Source: Patescibacteria group bacterium (GTDB lineage: Bacteria; Patescibacteriota; Minisyncoccia; Phycocordibacterales; CSBR16-119). Taken from it: a stretch of 57,130 bases of DNA. The notes beneath the pieces were generated by a model. That model did no database searches. It was not told where the DNA came from and saw only the letters and a program-made list of their open reading frames with translations. Location: contig JAUPTX010000004.1 of NCBI GenBank assembly GCA_030917865.1, positions 1 to 57,130 of the forward strand, given 5' to 3'. Positions 48,839 to 56,805 of this stretch are shown one piece after another. A program made the position numbers and the translations under genes. Every line of letters begins with the position of its first letter. The stretch's first letter is position 1.

Positions 48839-48980
48839 TTGCAATTTATAACATTCTGTGTTATTATACTAAAACAATCAAATATTGTTCTGTAGATTTC
48901 CGAAAGTTATAAAATTTCGATGTTCTATGTGCAATCGAGATTTTATAATTTAAAGCCAGATTTACTGGCTAGTTAACAAT
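48839..48980 (+). promoter_or_regulatory. Promoter and structured 5' leader of DEAD-box helicase
   Basis: TTGCAA..TGtTATTAT promoter; inverted repeat ttataaaatttcgat/atcgagattttataa and small hairpin agccag/ctggct. Confidence 0.5.
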
Positions 48981-50222
48981 ATGGACAATAAAAAATCTAA
49001 TAATAGATCTTTTAGTAAATCAAAAAGATTTTCAAAAGATAAACCAAAGGGAGGATTTAAAAAATTTGGAGGAGGTGGAAGAAGAGGGGCTTCTTCTAAC
49101 AAAAGACGAGGACCAAGAAAAAGTACAGCAGATGTGTCGAGATTCGTTAAGAAAGCGACACCTTCTGTAGAAGAAAAGGCCTTACCCATAAAGCATCTTT
49201 TTTCTGATTTTAATTTTTCAGAAGATTTACAAAAAAACTTAGAAAGTAAAAAATTCGTAACACCAACTCATATTCAAGACGAGTCCATTCCTTTCATTAT
49301 CGACGGAAGAGATATCGTGGGTCTTGCAAATACTGGTACTGGAAAAACTGGTGCATTTCTTTTACCTTTAATAGATAAAGTTTTCAAAGACAAAAAACAA
49401 AAAGTTTTAATTCTTGCACCTACAAGAGAACTTGCTATGCAAATAGACAAAGAATTTAGAGCTTTTTCTTATGGGATGAGAATATATTCTGCTATGTGTG
49501 TTGGAGGTATGCCAATCTGGAAACAAATAAATGACCTTGCTAGAAATCCTAATTTCATAATCGGAACTCCAGGAAGAATTAAAGATTTAAGCGAAAGAGG
49601 AAAAATAAATTATGGAGCAATAAACAATATTGTTCTAGATGAAGTGGATCACATGTTAGATATGGGCTTCGTTGAGCCAATAACAGAGATTTTAAATAAT
49701 CTTAAAAAAGAGAGACAGTCTTTGTTTTTCTCCGCAACAATGCCAGAAAATATTAAAAAACTAATAAGTAAATTCACAGAAAATCCTGTTATTGTAGAAG
49801 TTGCTTCAAAAAACAATATAAACAATATTGATCAAGATATTATCAAGGTTACAGAAAGTGAAAACAAATTCCCAAGACTAGTTGAGCTTTTAAAAGAGCC
49901 GGGTTTCGATAAAGTTATAATTTTCATTGAAACAAAAAGAGGTGCCGACAAACTTTCTAGCGATTTGTTTAAAGAAGGATTTTTGGTTGACTCTATTCAC
50001 GGAGACAAAAGACAAGGTCAAAGAAAAAGAGCAATCGATTCTTTTGATAGAAATAAAATAAAAGTTCTTGTTGCTACAGATGTGGCTGCTAGAGGTCTTG
50101 ATATTGATGGTATTACTCACGTTATAAACTACACAGTGCCTGGAACAAACGAAGACTATACTCACAGAATAGGAAGAACAGGACGAGGTGGTAAAAAGGG
50201 GGTTGCTCTGACATTCGTTTAA
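48981..50222 (+). CDS. DEAD-box RNA helicase (DEVD variant)
   Basis: ANTGTGKT, PTRELA, TPGR, DEVD, SAT, ARGLD, HRIGRTGR. Confidence 0.95.
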   Translation: MDNKKSNNRSFSKSKRFSKDKPKGGFKKFGGGGRRGASSNKRRGPRKSTADVSRFVKKATPSVEEKALPIKHLFSDFNFSEDLQKNLESKKFVTPTHIQDESIPFIIDGRDIVGLANTGTGKTGAFLLPLIDKVFKDKKQKVLILAPTRELAMQIDKEFRAFSYGMRIYSAMCVGGMPIWKQINDLARNPNFIIGTPGRIKDLSERGKINYGAINNIVLDEVDHMLDMGFVEPITEILNNLKKERQSLFFSATMPENIKKLISKFTENPVIVEVASKNNINNIDQDIIKVTESENKFPRLVELLKEPGFDKVIIFIETKRGADKLSSDLFKEGFLVDSIHGDKRQGQRKRAIDSFDRNKIKVLVATDVAARGLDIDGITHVINYTVPGTNEDYTHRIGRTGRGGKKGVALTFV

Positions 50223-50236
50223 TACTTTTTAGATGT

Positions 50237-50265
50237 TTGACATATAAATATAATCGTGTTATATT
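50237..50265 (+). promoter_or_regulatory. Sigma70 promoter of unit 11
   Basis: TTGACA-N17-TATATT with extended TG. Confidence 0.8.
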
Positions 50266-50294
50266 ACAGACAAACCAAACCGACCTTTAGAGAG

Positions 50295-50600
50295 ATGAAC
50301 TACAGCAACACCGCACACACTGGCTCTGAAAATCCGAAGAGTCTCGATCAGTTCGCCCTTTCTCCTGAATCCGGCGTAATGCCGATCCTTTCTGGGTCGA
50401 CGGCACTTGAAAAATTCAAGGCCTTACCCGAAACGGAAAGGTTCGGACGAATGTTTCAGGGAGCATTCTCTGGACCGGATGAGAAAGTTGAGCATTGGCT
50501 CAATACAACTCACGCGCAATGGCGCGTCACGCCCCGGGCGATGATACTGTGTGGTCGTATGAATGAGGTCTTGGACTTCATCCGAAGCGCCATCAAGTAG
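50295..50600 (+). CDS. Orphan protein (unit 11)
   Basis: Probable start MNYSNT after leader acagacaaaccaaaccgacc; GC-rich codons. Confidence 0.72.
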   Translation: MNYSNTAHTGSENPKSLDQFALSPESGVMPILSGSTALEKFKALPETERFGRMFQGAFSGPDEKVEHWLNTTHAQWRVTPRAMILCGRMNEVLDFIRSAIK

Positions 50601-50618
50601 CACGCCGACACGAATTGG

Positions 50619-50653
50619 AAAGCCTACCCGTACGGGGTGGGCTTTTCTTTTTT
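50619..50653 (+). terminator. Terminator of unit 11
   Basis: aaagcctaccc-gtacg-gggtgggcttt followed by T-run. Confidence 0.85.
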
Positions 50654-50695
50654 ATTTGCTAAAATATAGATATTAGTAAATTAATTTATCTCAAA

Positions 50696-51097
50696 ATGAA
50701 AAAAGGATACAAAGACAATATTGAAAAACTTACAATACAAAATCAAAGCTTTAGAAAAGTTTTATACACTGCAAAAAATATACAACTTGTTCTGATGTCT
50801 CTTCTTCCTGGTGAAGATATCGGGCTTGAGGTTCATCATGAAAACGATCAGTTTTTTAGATTTGAAGCAGGAGAGGGAAGGGTGTTTATTGATGGAACAT
50901 CTTACGATGTGGCAGACGGCGATGTGGTGATAGTTCCAGCGGGCTCTGAACATAATGTTATAAATATGAGTGACAGCGAAAGACTTAGTTTCTATACAAT
51001 TTATTCACCATCTCATCATAAAGACGGAATCGAAAGAATAACCAAAGAAGATGCAATGAGAAATGAAGAAGATTTTGATGGTGTTACAACAGAATAA
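50696..51097 (+). CDS. Cupin domain protein
   Basis: QLVLMSL.PGEDIGLEVH..DQFFRFE.GEG, VPAGSEHNVIN. Confidence 0.9.
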   Translation: MKKGYKDNIEKLTIQNQSFRKVLYTAKNIQLVLMSLLPGEDIGLEVHHENDQFFRFEAGEGRVFIDGTSYDVADGDVVIVPAGSEHNVINMSDSERLSFYTIYSPSHHKDGIERITKEDAMRNEEDFDGVTTE

Positions 51098-51122
51098 TAA
51101 TTAAAAAATTATTTTTATAAAT

Positions 51123-51338
51123 ATGAAAAATAAAAACATTGGCAAAACAGATAGAGTAATAAGAGCTTTACTTTCTTTTGTTTTAATTTGGCAGGGAATA
51201 GAAACTTCAAATATTGTAATTTTAATCATTGCCGGAATACTTCTTTTTACAGCTGTGTTTAGCTGGTGCGGTTTATATACTCTTTTGGGTATAAATACTT
51301 GTAAAGCATGTAAGGTCGAAGATAAGAAGGTTGATTAG
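51123..51338 (+). CDS. DUF2892 family small membrane protein
   Basis: KNIGKTDRVIR, WCGLYTLLGINTC. Confidence 0.85.
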   Translation: MKNKNIGKTDRVIRALLSFVLIWQGIETSNIVILIIAGILLFTAVFSWCGLYTLLGINTCKACKVEDKKVD

Positions 51339-51350
51339 TATAGAAACAGA

Positions 51351-51379
51351 AAAAGGGGGCGCCGTGGGCGCCCCCTTTT
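51351..51379. terminator. GC-rich terminator of unit 12
   Basis: aaaagggggcgcc-gtg-ggcgccccctttt. Confidence 0.85.
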
Positions 51380-51383
51380 CTTT

Positions 51384-52667
51384 TTAATGGTTCATCAGCC
51401 AAAAAGTGCCGATGGCTGCAACATAGCCAAGTGTTGCAGGTAATGACATTTTCCTGATATACCAACCGAAGTTAATTTTCAGGATACCCATTACTGCGAC
51501 ACCTGCTGCTGAGCCGATGATCAGAATGCTTCCGCCCGTACCAGCACAGAGAGCCAACAGTTGCCAGAATGTATGGTCTTGTTGGTATACTTCCACGCCA
51601 TACATTACCATGGCTGCCGCTACGAGTGGCACGTTGTCAACTATTGCTGACAGAACACCGATTGCTGTTGTGATGCCGTAAATGTTACCAATTTGGGCAT
51701 CAAGCATTTTACCGGTCAGTGCTAGCACTCCAGATGTTCCGAGTCCTCCTACTGCGAGTAGGATACCTAAGAAGAAAAGAATGCTGGTGTGATCGATTCT
51801 TCCAAGAACAGAAGATATCGTCATGTGTTGACGAGCCTTCCATTTTGGATGTCTGTTGTGTATGAACTCAGTGAAGGACACCAAGACACCAAGCCCCCCC
51901 ATTATCCCGAGGAAGGGTGGAAGGTGTGTGTAGTTCTTAAAGACTGGCACTGATATCAGAGATACAATGCCAAGCCAGAACACAGTGTTCTTTTCCCATC
52001 TTTCCAGATGCGAGGTACCACCTTCGGGACCTTCTTTGTGAGTCACCTGTTCGATTGGGCCACTCGTGGTAAAGCTGAGTGTTAGGATTGCCACAACAAG
52101 GCAAACAATGCTTGGCAACAGGAGAGACTTGATTACCCCCATTGCTGTGACTTGTCCACCCACCCAGAGCATGATTGTTGTTACGTCACCAATTGGAGAC
52201 CATGCACCGCCAGCATTTGCTGCGATGATTACAAGTCCCGCCAGCGTCCACTTGTCCTCTTGTTTGGCTACGAACTTGTTAAGTAGTGCCACCATAACGA
52301 TTGATGTCGTTAGGTTGTCTAGAACGGCAGACAGACAGAAGGATATACCTCCTATCAACCAGTATAGCTTTATTCTACTGGTTGCTTTGATTCTGTCCGT
52401 GATAATTCGGAAGCCTTCGTGTATGTCTATGACTTCCACGATGGCCATTGCTCCGATAAGAAAGAACAAGATGTTGCCAACGTCTACCATGTGATGAGAG
52501 AACGAGTGCGCCATCTCATCTCCATAAACAAGAGCGAGTATGGTCCAGATGAGAAATGAAATAAAGACAGCCGGGGCCGCCTTATTAAGTCTCAGTGGGT
52601 GTTCCAGCGCTATGGCTGCATAGCCAAGCACGAAGATGACAGAGAGTGTTATTTGTAGAGTATCCAT
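51384..52667 (-). CDS. nhaD: Na+/H+ antiporter, NhaD family (unit 12)
   Basis: FFLIGAMAIVEVID, LDNLTT, AANAGGAWSPIGDVTT, SAIVDNVP, GTGGSILIIGSAAGV; GC-richer than core genes. Confidence 0.93.
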   Translation of the reverse strand: MDTLQITLSVIFVLGYAAIALEHPLRLNKAAPAVFISFLIWTILALVYGDEMAHSFSHHMVDVGNILFFLIGAMAIVEVIDIHEGFRIITDRIKATSRIKLYWLIGGISFCLSAVLDNLTTSIVMVALLNKFVAKQEDKWTLAGLVIIAANAGGAWSPIGDVTTIMLWVGGQVTAMGVIKSLLLPSIVCLVVAILTLSFTTSGPIEQVTHKEGPEGGTSHLERWEKNTVFWLGIVSLISVPVFKNYTHLPPFLGIMGGLGVLVSFTEFIHNRHPKWKARQHMTISSVLGRIDHTSILFFLGILLAVGGLGTSGVLALTGKMLDAQIGNIYGITTAIGVLSAIVDNVPLVAAAMVMYGVEVYQQDHTFWQLLALCAGTGGSILIIGSAAGVAVMGILKINFGWYIRKMSLPATLGYVAAIGTFWLMNH

Positions 52668-52724
52668 CGGGTTCGGGTTTTCGGTTTTTTAAAAGGTTCT
52701 GTACCCGTTAGGGTTTCGGTATGG

Positions 52725-52752
52725 ATTTTACACAATTTTTATGATTATTCAA
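52725..52752 (-). promoter_or_regulatory. Sigma70-like promoter of nhaD
   Basis: On - strand TTGAAT-N16-TAAAAT, then leader ending aaaccgaaaacccgaacccg-ATG. Confidence 0.65.
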
Positions 52753-52808
52753 ATGAATTAATATAAAGAGGTGTTACAATGTTTATATTAAAAATCTTTT
52801 TATTTTTT

Positions 52809-53237
52809 ATGAATAAAGAAAAATTATATAAATTTTTGAGGTTGGCAATGTCTTTTATTTTTCTGTGGGCGTTTTTTGATAAAACTTTTGGCCTTGGTTT
52901 TGCCACAACGGCCGAAAAAGCTTGGATGGCTGAAGGATCACCAACATCGGGCTTTTTGTTAAACGCCACAAAAGGCCCTTTTGCGGATTTTTTTAGAAGT
53001 CTTGCTGATGTTGGTGCCATAGACTTTATATTTATGGCTGGTCTTTTAGGGATTGGACTTTCTTTGCTTTTAAATAAATATGTTAAGTGGGGATCTATAG
53101 CTGGAATTTTAATGATGCTTCTAATGTATTTGGCGTCTTTTCCACCGGAAAATAACCCAATAATAGATGACCATATAATCTATGCTTTGGTTTTTGCTAT
53201 AATAGCTTTTGAGTCAAAATTAAAATTTAAAAAATAA
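52809..53237 (+). CDS. DoxX family membrane protein
   Basis: LRLAMSFIFLWAFFDKTFGLG, GSPT.GFL, NNPIIDDH. Confidence 0.85.
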   Translation: MNKEKLYKFLRLAMSFIFLWAFFDKTFGLGFATTAEKAWMAEGSPTSGFLLNATKGPFADFFRSLADVGAIDFIFMAGLLGIGLSLLLNKYVKWGSIAGILMMLLMYLASFPPENNPIIDDHIIYALVFAIIAFESKLKFKK

Positions 53238-53243
53238 GTTATT

Positions 53244-53612
53244 ATGTTAAAGAAAATAATATTAGTTTTATTGGTTGTGGTTGCTGGTTTTTATATTTAC
53301 AATAGTGTGTCGGTAGAAGAAATGTCTTCTGTGTCTTCAAAATTAAAGGCAGATACTTTCACTGCCGTTTTGGAAGAGGTGAATACTGGATGTTTTGCAG
53401 ATGCAGAATGTTATATTGTCGCTGACGGTAAACATGTTACAGCTATTATGGGCTGGAGCACTGAAACTGTTGGAAAGGTTGAAGGTGTAGAAGGTTTTGG
53501 TGATTTAGAAAGCCATATTGGTAAAAATATTGAAGTTTATGCACAAGATTTAGGAGAAGGTAAATATACTCTATATGGCAGCGAGGGTTTTTATATAAAA
53601 CTTTTAAACTAA
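53244..53612 (+). CDS. Membrane-anchored exported hypothetical protein
   Basis: N-terminal TM; GCFADAECYI motif; AT-rich like core genes. Confidence 0.7.
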   Translation: MLKKIILVLLVVVAGFYIYNSVSVEEMSSVSSKLKADTFTAVLEEVNTGCFADAECYIVADGKHVTAIMGWSTETVGKVEGVEGFGDLESHIGKNIEVYAQDLGEGKYTLYGSEGFYIKLLN

Positions 53613-53619
53613 AAAATAT

Positions 53620-53760
53620 TTGAAATAAAAGTTACTAATGATAAAATATAAATAATTAAGTTCGTTAATTCGTTCTACATCGTATAAATTATTGTAGGTT
53701 GGGTGGTTTTGGTGCCCCGTAGAACGATTTCCCCTGCGTATGTGGGGGATTTCGTTTTTT
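53620..53760 (+). ncRNA. Candidate ORF-less small RNA unit
   Basis: TTGAAA-N16-TAAAAT promoter, stem tcgttctac/gtagaacga, terminator tcccctgc-gtat-gtggggga then T-run. Confidence 0.45.
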
Positions 53761-53761
53761 A

Positions 53762-53789
53762 TTGACTTTATTTGAATAAATCGTAATAT
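53762..53789 (+). promoter_or_regulatory. Sigma70-like promoter of unit 13
   Basis: TTGACT-N16-TAATAT. Confidence 0.65.
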
Positions 53790-53807
53790 GGTTAAAAATA
53801 ATGAGCC

Positions 53808-54197
53808 ATGAACATTTTAACCTTAACCCCCACGGAGGAAACTATCCTCGTAATGATTGGCGCTCTTTTTGTAGGTGTTGCGGCTATCTTGTTCGCTTAC
53901 TATGCCTCCTCTGTAAAACCCAAAAGGATTGATCTTAAGTGTAAGGGCTTTGAGAAGGAGGTTGACTCACTTTTTCGTTACATTACTAATGGTCGCCATA
54001 CTGCCGAATTAAGATCTGTGAAGAACAAAGAAGATCTGCGGTCGATAGTTGACGAACTGGTGAGTAAATTCGAAATATCGCACGAGGACGTTGGTGTTGT
54101 AAACACACTTTCGTGCTCTAGGGCTGAGATAATTTCCTGCCTTATGAAAAGGCTTAAGCGCGAAGGAGTTGTCCATATAACTCCAAGCCAGTATTGA
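53808..54197 (+). CDS. Orphan single-TM protein (unit 13)
   Basis: N-terminal TM, soluble helical tail; GC-richer. Confidence 0.72.
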   Translation: MNILTLTPTEETILVMIGALFVGVAAILFAYYASSVKPKRIDLKCKGFEKEVDSLFRYITNGRHTAELRSVKNKEDLRSIVDELVSKFEISHEDVGVVNTLSCSRAEIISCLMKRLKREGVVHITPSQY

Positions 54198-54203
54198 GTG
54201 TTA

Positions 54204-54232
54204 AAGGGTCGCCTGCGCAGCAGGCGACCCTT
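54204..54232 (+). terminator. Terminator of unit 13
   Basis: aagggtcgcctgc-gca-gcaggcgaccctt. Confidence 0.85.
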
Positions 54233-54244
54233 CCTATTTTAATA

Positions 54245-54272
54245 TTGACAAAATAATAATAAATGATATTCT
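54245..54272 (+). promoter_or_regulatory. Sigma70 promoter of unit 14
   Basis: TTGACA-N16-TATTCT with extended TG. Confidence 0.75.
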
Positions 54273-54308
54273 GCAAAAAGACTGTACAAACCAACAGTTA
54301 AGAAGAAA

Positions 54309-54731
54309 ATGAAGGAAGTAAAAACGTACCTGGTCCGCTCTAACCAGCGGGAAGCTCTAAATGAGCTTATTTTCGGTCAGCATGGAATTTTCAAGCTGGC
54401 TGTGGATCTGAATGGTTCCACGAAGGAATATGAGTTCCGTCGCTGGAAGATGCCGATCAACCCATCTCAGCTGGACAAAAGCACTTTGACCATGTTGGTG
54501 TCACAGCTCGACATCGACCTGTTGCCCAAGTTCAACGTCTTTGAGTGGAACATCACTCTTGGTTGTGTTAATGGTAAGAATAGTGGTGATTGCTTTTCCT
54601 GCGCTCTTCTTACTTCAGGCGATAAACAGGCGTTCGTCTTGAGCTTGCCTGAAGGTGGAAGGTTCTATGAAGACGTCGTCCGACCTCTTCGAGCCATGAG
54701 CCCGAGTGCTTCAATGGTGGGGCAATCATGA
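54309..54731 (+). CDS. Orphan protein (unit 14)
   Basis: Leader gtacaaaccaacagttaagaagaaa; GC-rich codons. Confidence 0.72.
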   Translation: MKEVKTYLVRSNQREALNELIFGQHGIFKLAVDLNGSTKEYEFRRWKMPINPSQLDKSTLTMLVSQLDIDLLPKFNVFEWNITLGCVNGKNSGDCFSCALLTSGDKQAFVLSLPEGGRFYEDVVRPLRAMSPSASMVGQS

Positions 54732-54749
54732 TCTGAGGTTCCGTCTTTT

Positions 54750-54781
54750 AGGGTCGGTGCATAGTGCACCGGCCCTTTTTT
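54750..54781 (+). terminator. Terminator of unit 14
   Basis: agggtcggtgca-tag-tgcaccggccct followed by T-run. Confidence 0.85.
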
Positions 54782-54803
54782 GTTTAAAAAAGAAAAAAGC
54801 CGG

Positions 54804-55025
54804 TCATATCCGGCTCAGTTTTTTCTTGTCGATGAGGTATTGAAGCCTCATCGCAATTGTGAACACTGCCATTCCTCCGAAGAAGAATAGTGTGGCAAGG
54901 ATGTATGACAGCAGCTGTCCAATGACATCTTCAAGATTGTTTCTGAAGATGACACCAAAGATGCCTATGTAGAAAGTCACCATTCCAAGTAATATCAGGT
55001 TTCTTTTTTCGAGTTTGGTTCTCAT
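54804..55025 (-). CDS. Orphan two-TM protein (unit 15)
   Basis: Promoter TTGACT-N17-TATAAA on - strand (55074-55046), leader aaacctgcacaaca; stop codon inside hairpin agccgg-tcatat-ccggct. Confidence 0.7.
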   Translation of the reverse strand: MRTKLEKRNLILLGMVTFYIGIFGVIFRNNLEDVIGQLLSYILATLFFFGGMAVFTIAMRLQYLIDKKKLSRI

Positions 55026-55094
55026 TGTTGTGCAGGTTTAATCCTTTTATATTTAAAAATAAACATAAAGTCAAATTTTTGTTATAATTTATTT

Positions 55095-55829
55095 ATGCTT
55101 AAAAAGATATCTGTATTATTTGTTTTAATTGTTGGAGCTTATTTGGTTTTTAATAATTTAGAAAAAAAAGAAAAAGAAGAAGTTGTTTTTCCTGTAGTTA
55201 AAGAAGAAGAGTCCACTGCAATAGAACTTTGTTTTTATAAAGAAAATTTAGTCAAAGATGGTTTATATGACAAGGCCTTACTTAAAATGTCTTTAAATAA
55301 AGATAAGGTCTCTGGGGAATTTAGAAATTTACCCGCAGAAACAGATAGTAAGGTTGGTGAATTTTCTGGGACTGTTTCTCCTGTTATACCAGAAATGATG
55401 GCCAGAATTGCAGATGCTTGGTGGAATTCTTATGCCGAGGGAATGAATGTGACAGAAGAGCTTCGTATTATTTTTGGTGAAGGCACAGCCTCTGTTGGGT
55501 TTGGTGAGATGGTAGACAGGGGAGATGGAGTTTATGTATACAAAGACAAAGAAAATATTGGTTATTGGCAGGATCTTACGGACGTATCTTGTGACTTTTT
55601 AGACGATAAGATTTTGGTTGAGAAATTTATAAGAGAGAATATAAAAGACTTGTCTCCGGAAAAACCTGTTTTGGGTGGGTCTTGGTATTCCTATAACATA
55701 AAAGTAAATCCTCAAAATAAAAGTGGTGAGTTTACTTATGAAGATGGTCACATAATAGGTGTTGCAACATTTACATACGAAAGAGATGGAGAAAGTGTTA
55801 ATATTCAAAACATATTAAAGATTAAATAA
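55095..55829 (+). CDS. Membrane-anchored exported hypothetical protein
   Basis: N-terminal TM; LCF..L.M....VSGE..GTV beta-rich domain. Confidence 0.75.
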   Translation: MLKKISVLFVLIVGAYLVFNNLEKKEKEEVVFPVVKEEESTAIELCFYKENLVKDGLYDKALLKMSLNKDKVSGEFRNLPAETDSKVGEFSGTVSPVIPEMMARIADAWWNSYAEGMNVTEELRIIFGEGTASVGFGEMVDRGDGVYVYKDKENIGYWQDLTDVSCDFLDDKILVEKFIRENIKDLSPEKPVLGGSWYSYNIKVNPQNKSGEFTYEDGHIIGVATFTYERDGESVNIQNILKIK

Positions 55830-55830
55830 T

Positions 55831-56316
55831 ATGAAAAAATTTTCTCTTCTTATTTTAATAATTATATTTGTGGTTGCTGGTTTTTTCTTTTTGAAAAATA
55901 AAAACCAAGAAGACATTTTAATCAAAACAGACATGCCAGAGAGAAATGAAAAATTATGTTTTGTTTATCAAAAATCCGCCACACAATCTGAGCCTTATTC
56001 AGTAAAAGAAAATTTAGAAATAAAAATAAGTGGAGAAAAAGTGTCAGGAGTTAAAAACGGAACCCAATCGGGTCCAGATATGACTAATGGCTATGAAGGT
56101 TTAATATCCGGAACTATCAAGGGTGATATTTTAGATGTTGTTTTTAGTTATGAAATAGAAGGATCTAAACAAAAAGAGCAAGAAAAATATCTACTTATAA
56201 AAGACGGTATAATGAAATTAAGATATCAGCTAAGAGAAGAAGATGGAATATTGGTGCCAGACATGTCTACAAATCCAAAAGAAATTATCTACAATAAATC
56301 AATTTGTTTAGAATAA
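55831..56316 (+). CDS. Exported hypothetical protein, probable paralog of the upstream gene
   Basis: LCF..LEI.ISGEKVSG..G.ISGT..EG..Q, matching motif order in 55095..55829. Confidence 0.72.
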   Translation: MKKFSLLILIIIFVVAGFFFLKNKNQEDILIKTDMPERNEKLCFVYQKSATQSEPYSVKENLEIKISGEKVSGVKNGTQSGPDMTNGYEGLISGTIKGDILDVVFSYEIEGSKQKEQEKYLLIKDGIMKLRYQLREEDGILVPDMSTNPKEIIYNKSICLE

Positions 56317-56381
56317 TCTATAAAAACTTATAAATTGACTCTTAAATAAAAAAGTGATTAGATAGCTAAAAACCCAACATC

Positions 56382-56723
56382 ATGATGCTCAAGATTGCAA
56401 TCGGAGTAGTGTTTGTGTTTTTACTTCGTTCCTTGTTGACATACACCATATTCATAGACTTCGAAGAAATAGGTCTAACAAAAAGCCAGATCGCATCTCT
56501 TCGCGGTAAAAAACCTTCAGAAGTGCTACTTGTCATGCTATGTGGCTACCATCAAAGGGGTCGATCTGAGCTTCTTCGTCCAGGCTTTGACCGCGATGAC
56601 TTGTACAGTGTTGCTATTGCTCTTGAGAGGGCATACGAGCGCAAATTTGGAGAAAAGCTGGGAATTAGCTCAAATGACAGGAATGAGGTTTTGTCAGAGT
56701 TTATAAAGAAATACACGAGATAG
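56382..56723 (+). CDS. Orphan single-TM protein (unit 16)
   Basis: TTGACT at 56335 (weak -10), leader aaaaacccaacatc, own hairpin. Confidence 0.68.
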   Translation: MMLKIAIGVVFVFLLRSLLTYTIFIDFEEIGLTKSQIASLRGKKPSEVLLVMLCGYHQRGRSELLRPGFDRDDLYSVAIALERAYERKFGEKLGISSNDRNEVLSEFIKKYTR

Positions 56724-56736
56724 TGTTCTTTTACAC

Positions 56737-56766
56737 GGGCCCGTTAATTAGCGGGCTCTTTATTTT
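56737..56766 (+). terminator. Terminator of unit 16
   Basis: gggcccgtta-at-tagcgggctc followed by T-run. Confidence 0.7.
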
Positions 56767-56805
56767 GTGATAATATTAATTTGTTTATAAATAATTTAAA
56801 AAAAT

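Noticed and set aside
2387-52494. Numerous antisense ORFs within core genes (for example 2387-2848, 5113-5556, 26074-26490, 35950-36420, 52066-52494)
   Set aside because: Shadow frames rich in F/S/L opposite K/E-rich genes; no expression signals.
53654-53760. tRNA or SRP RNA
   Set aside because: No cloverleaf, T-loop GTTC-A or CCA pattern, and no SRP helix 8 GNRA motif; kept only as an unclassified sRNA candidate.
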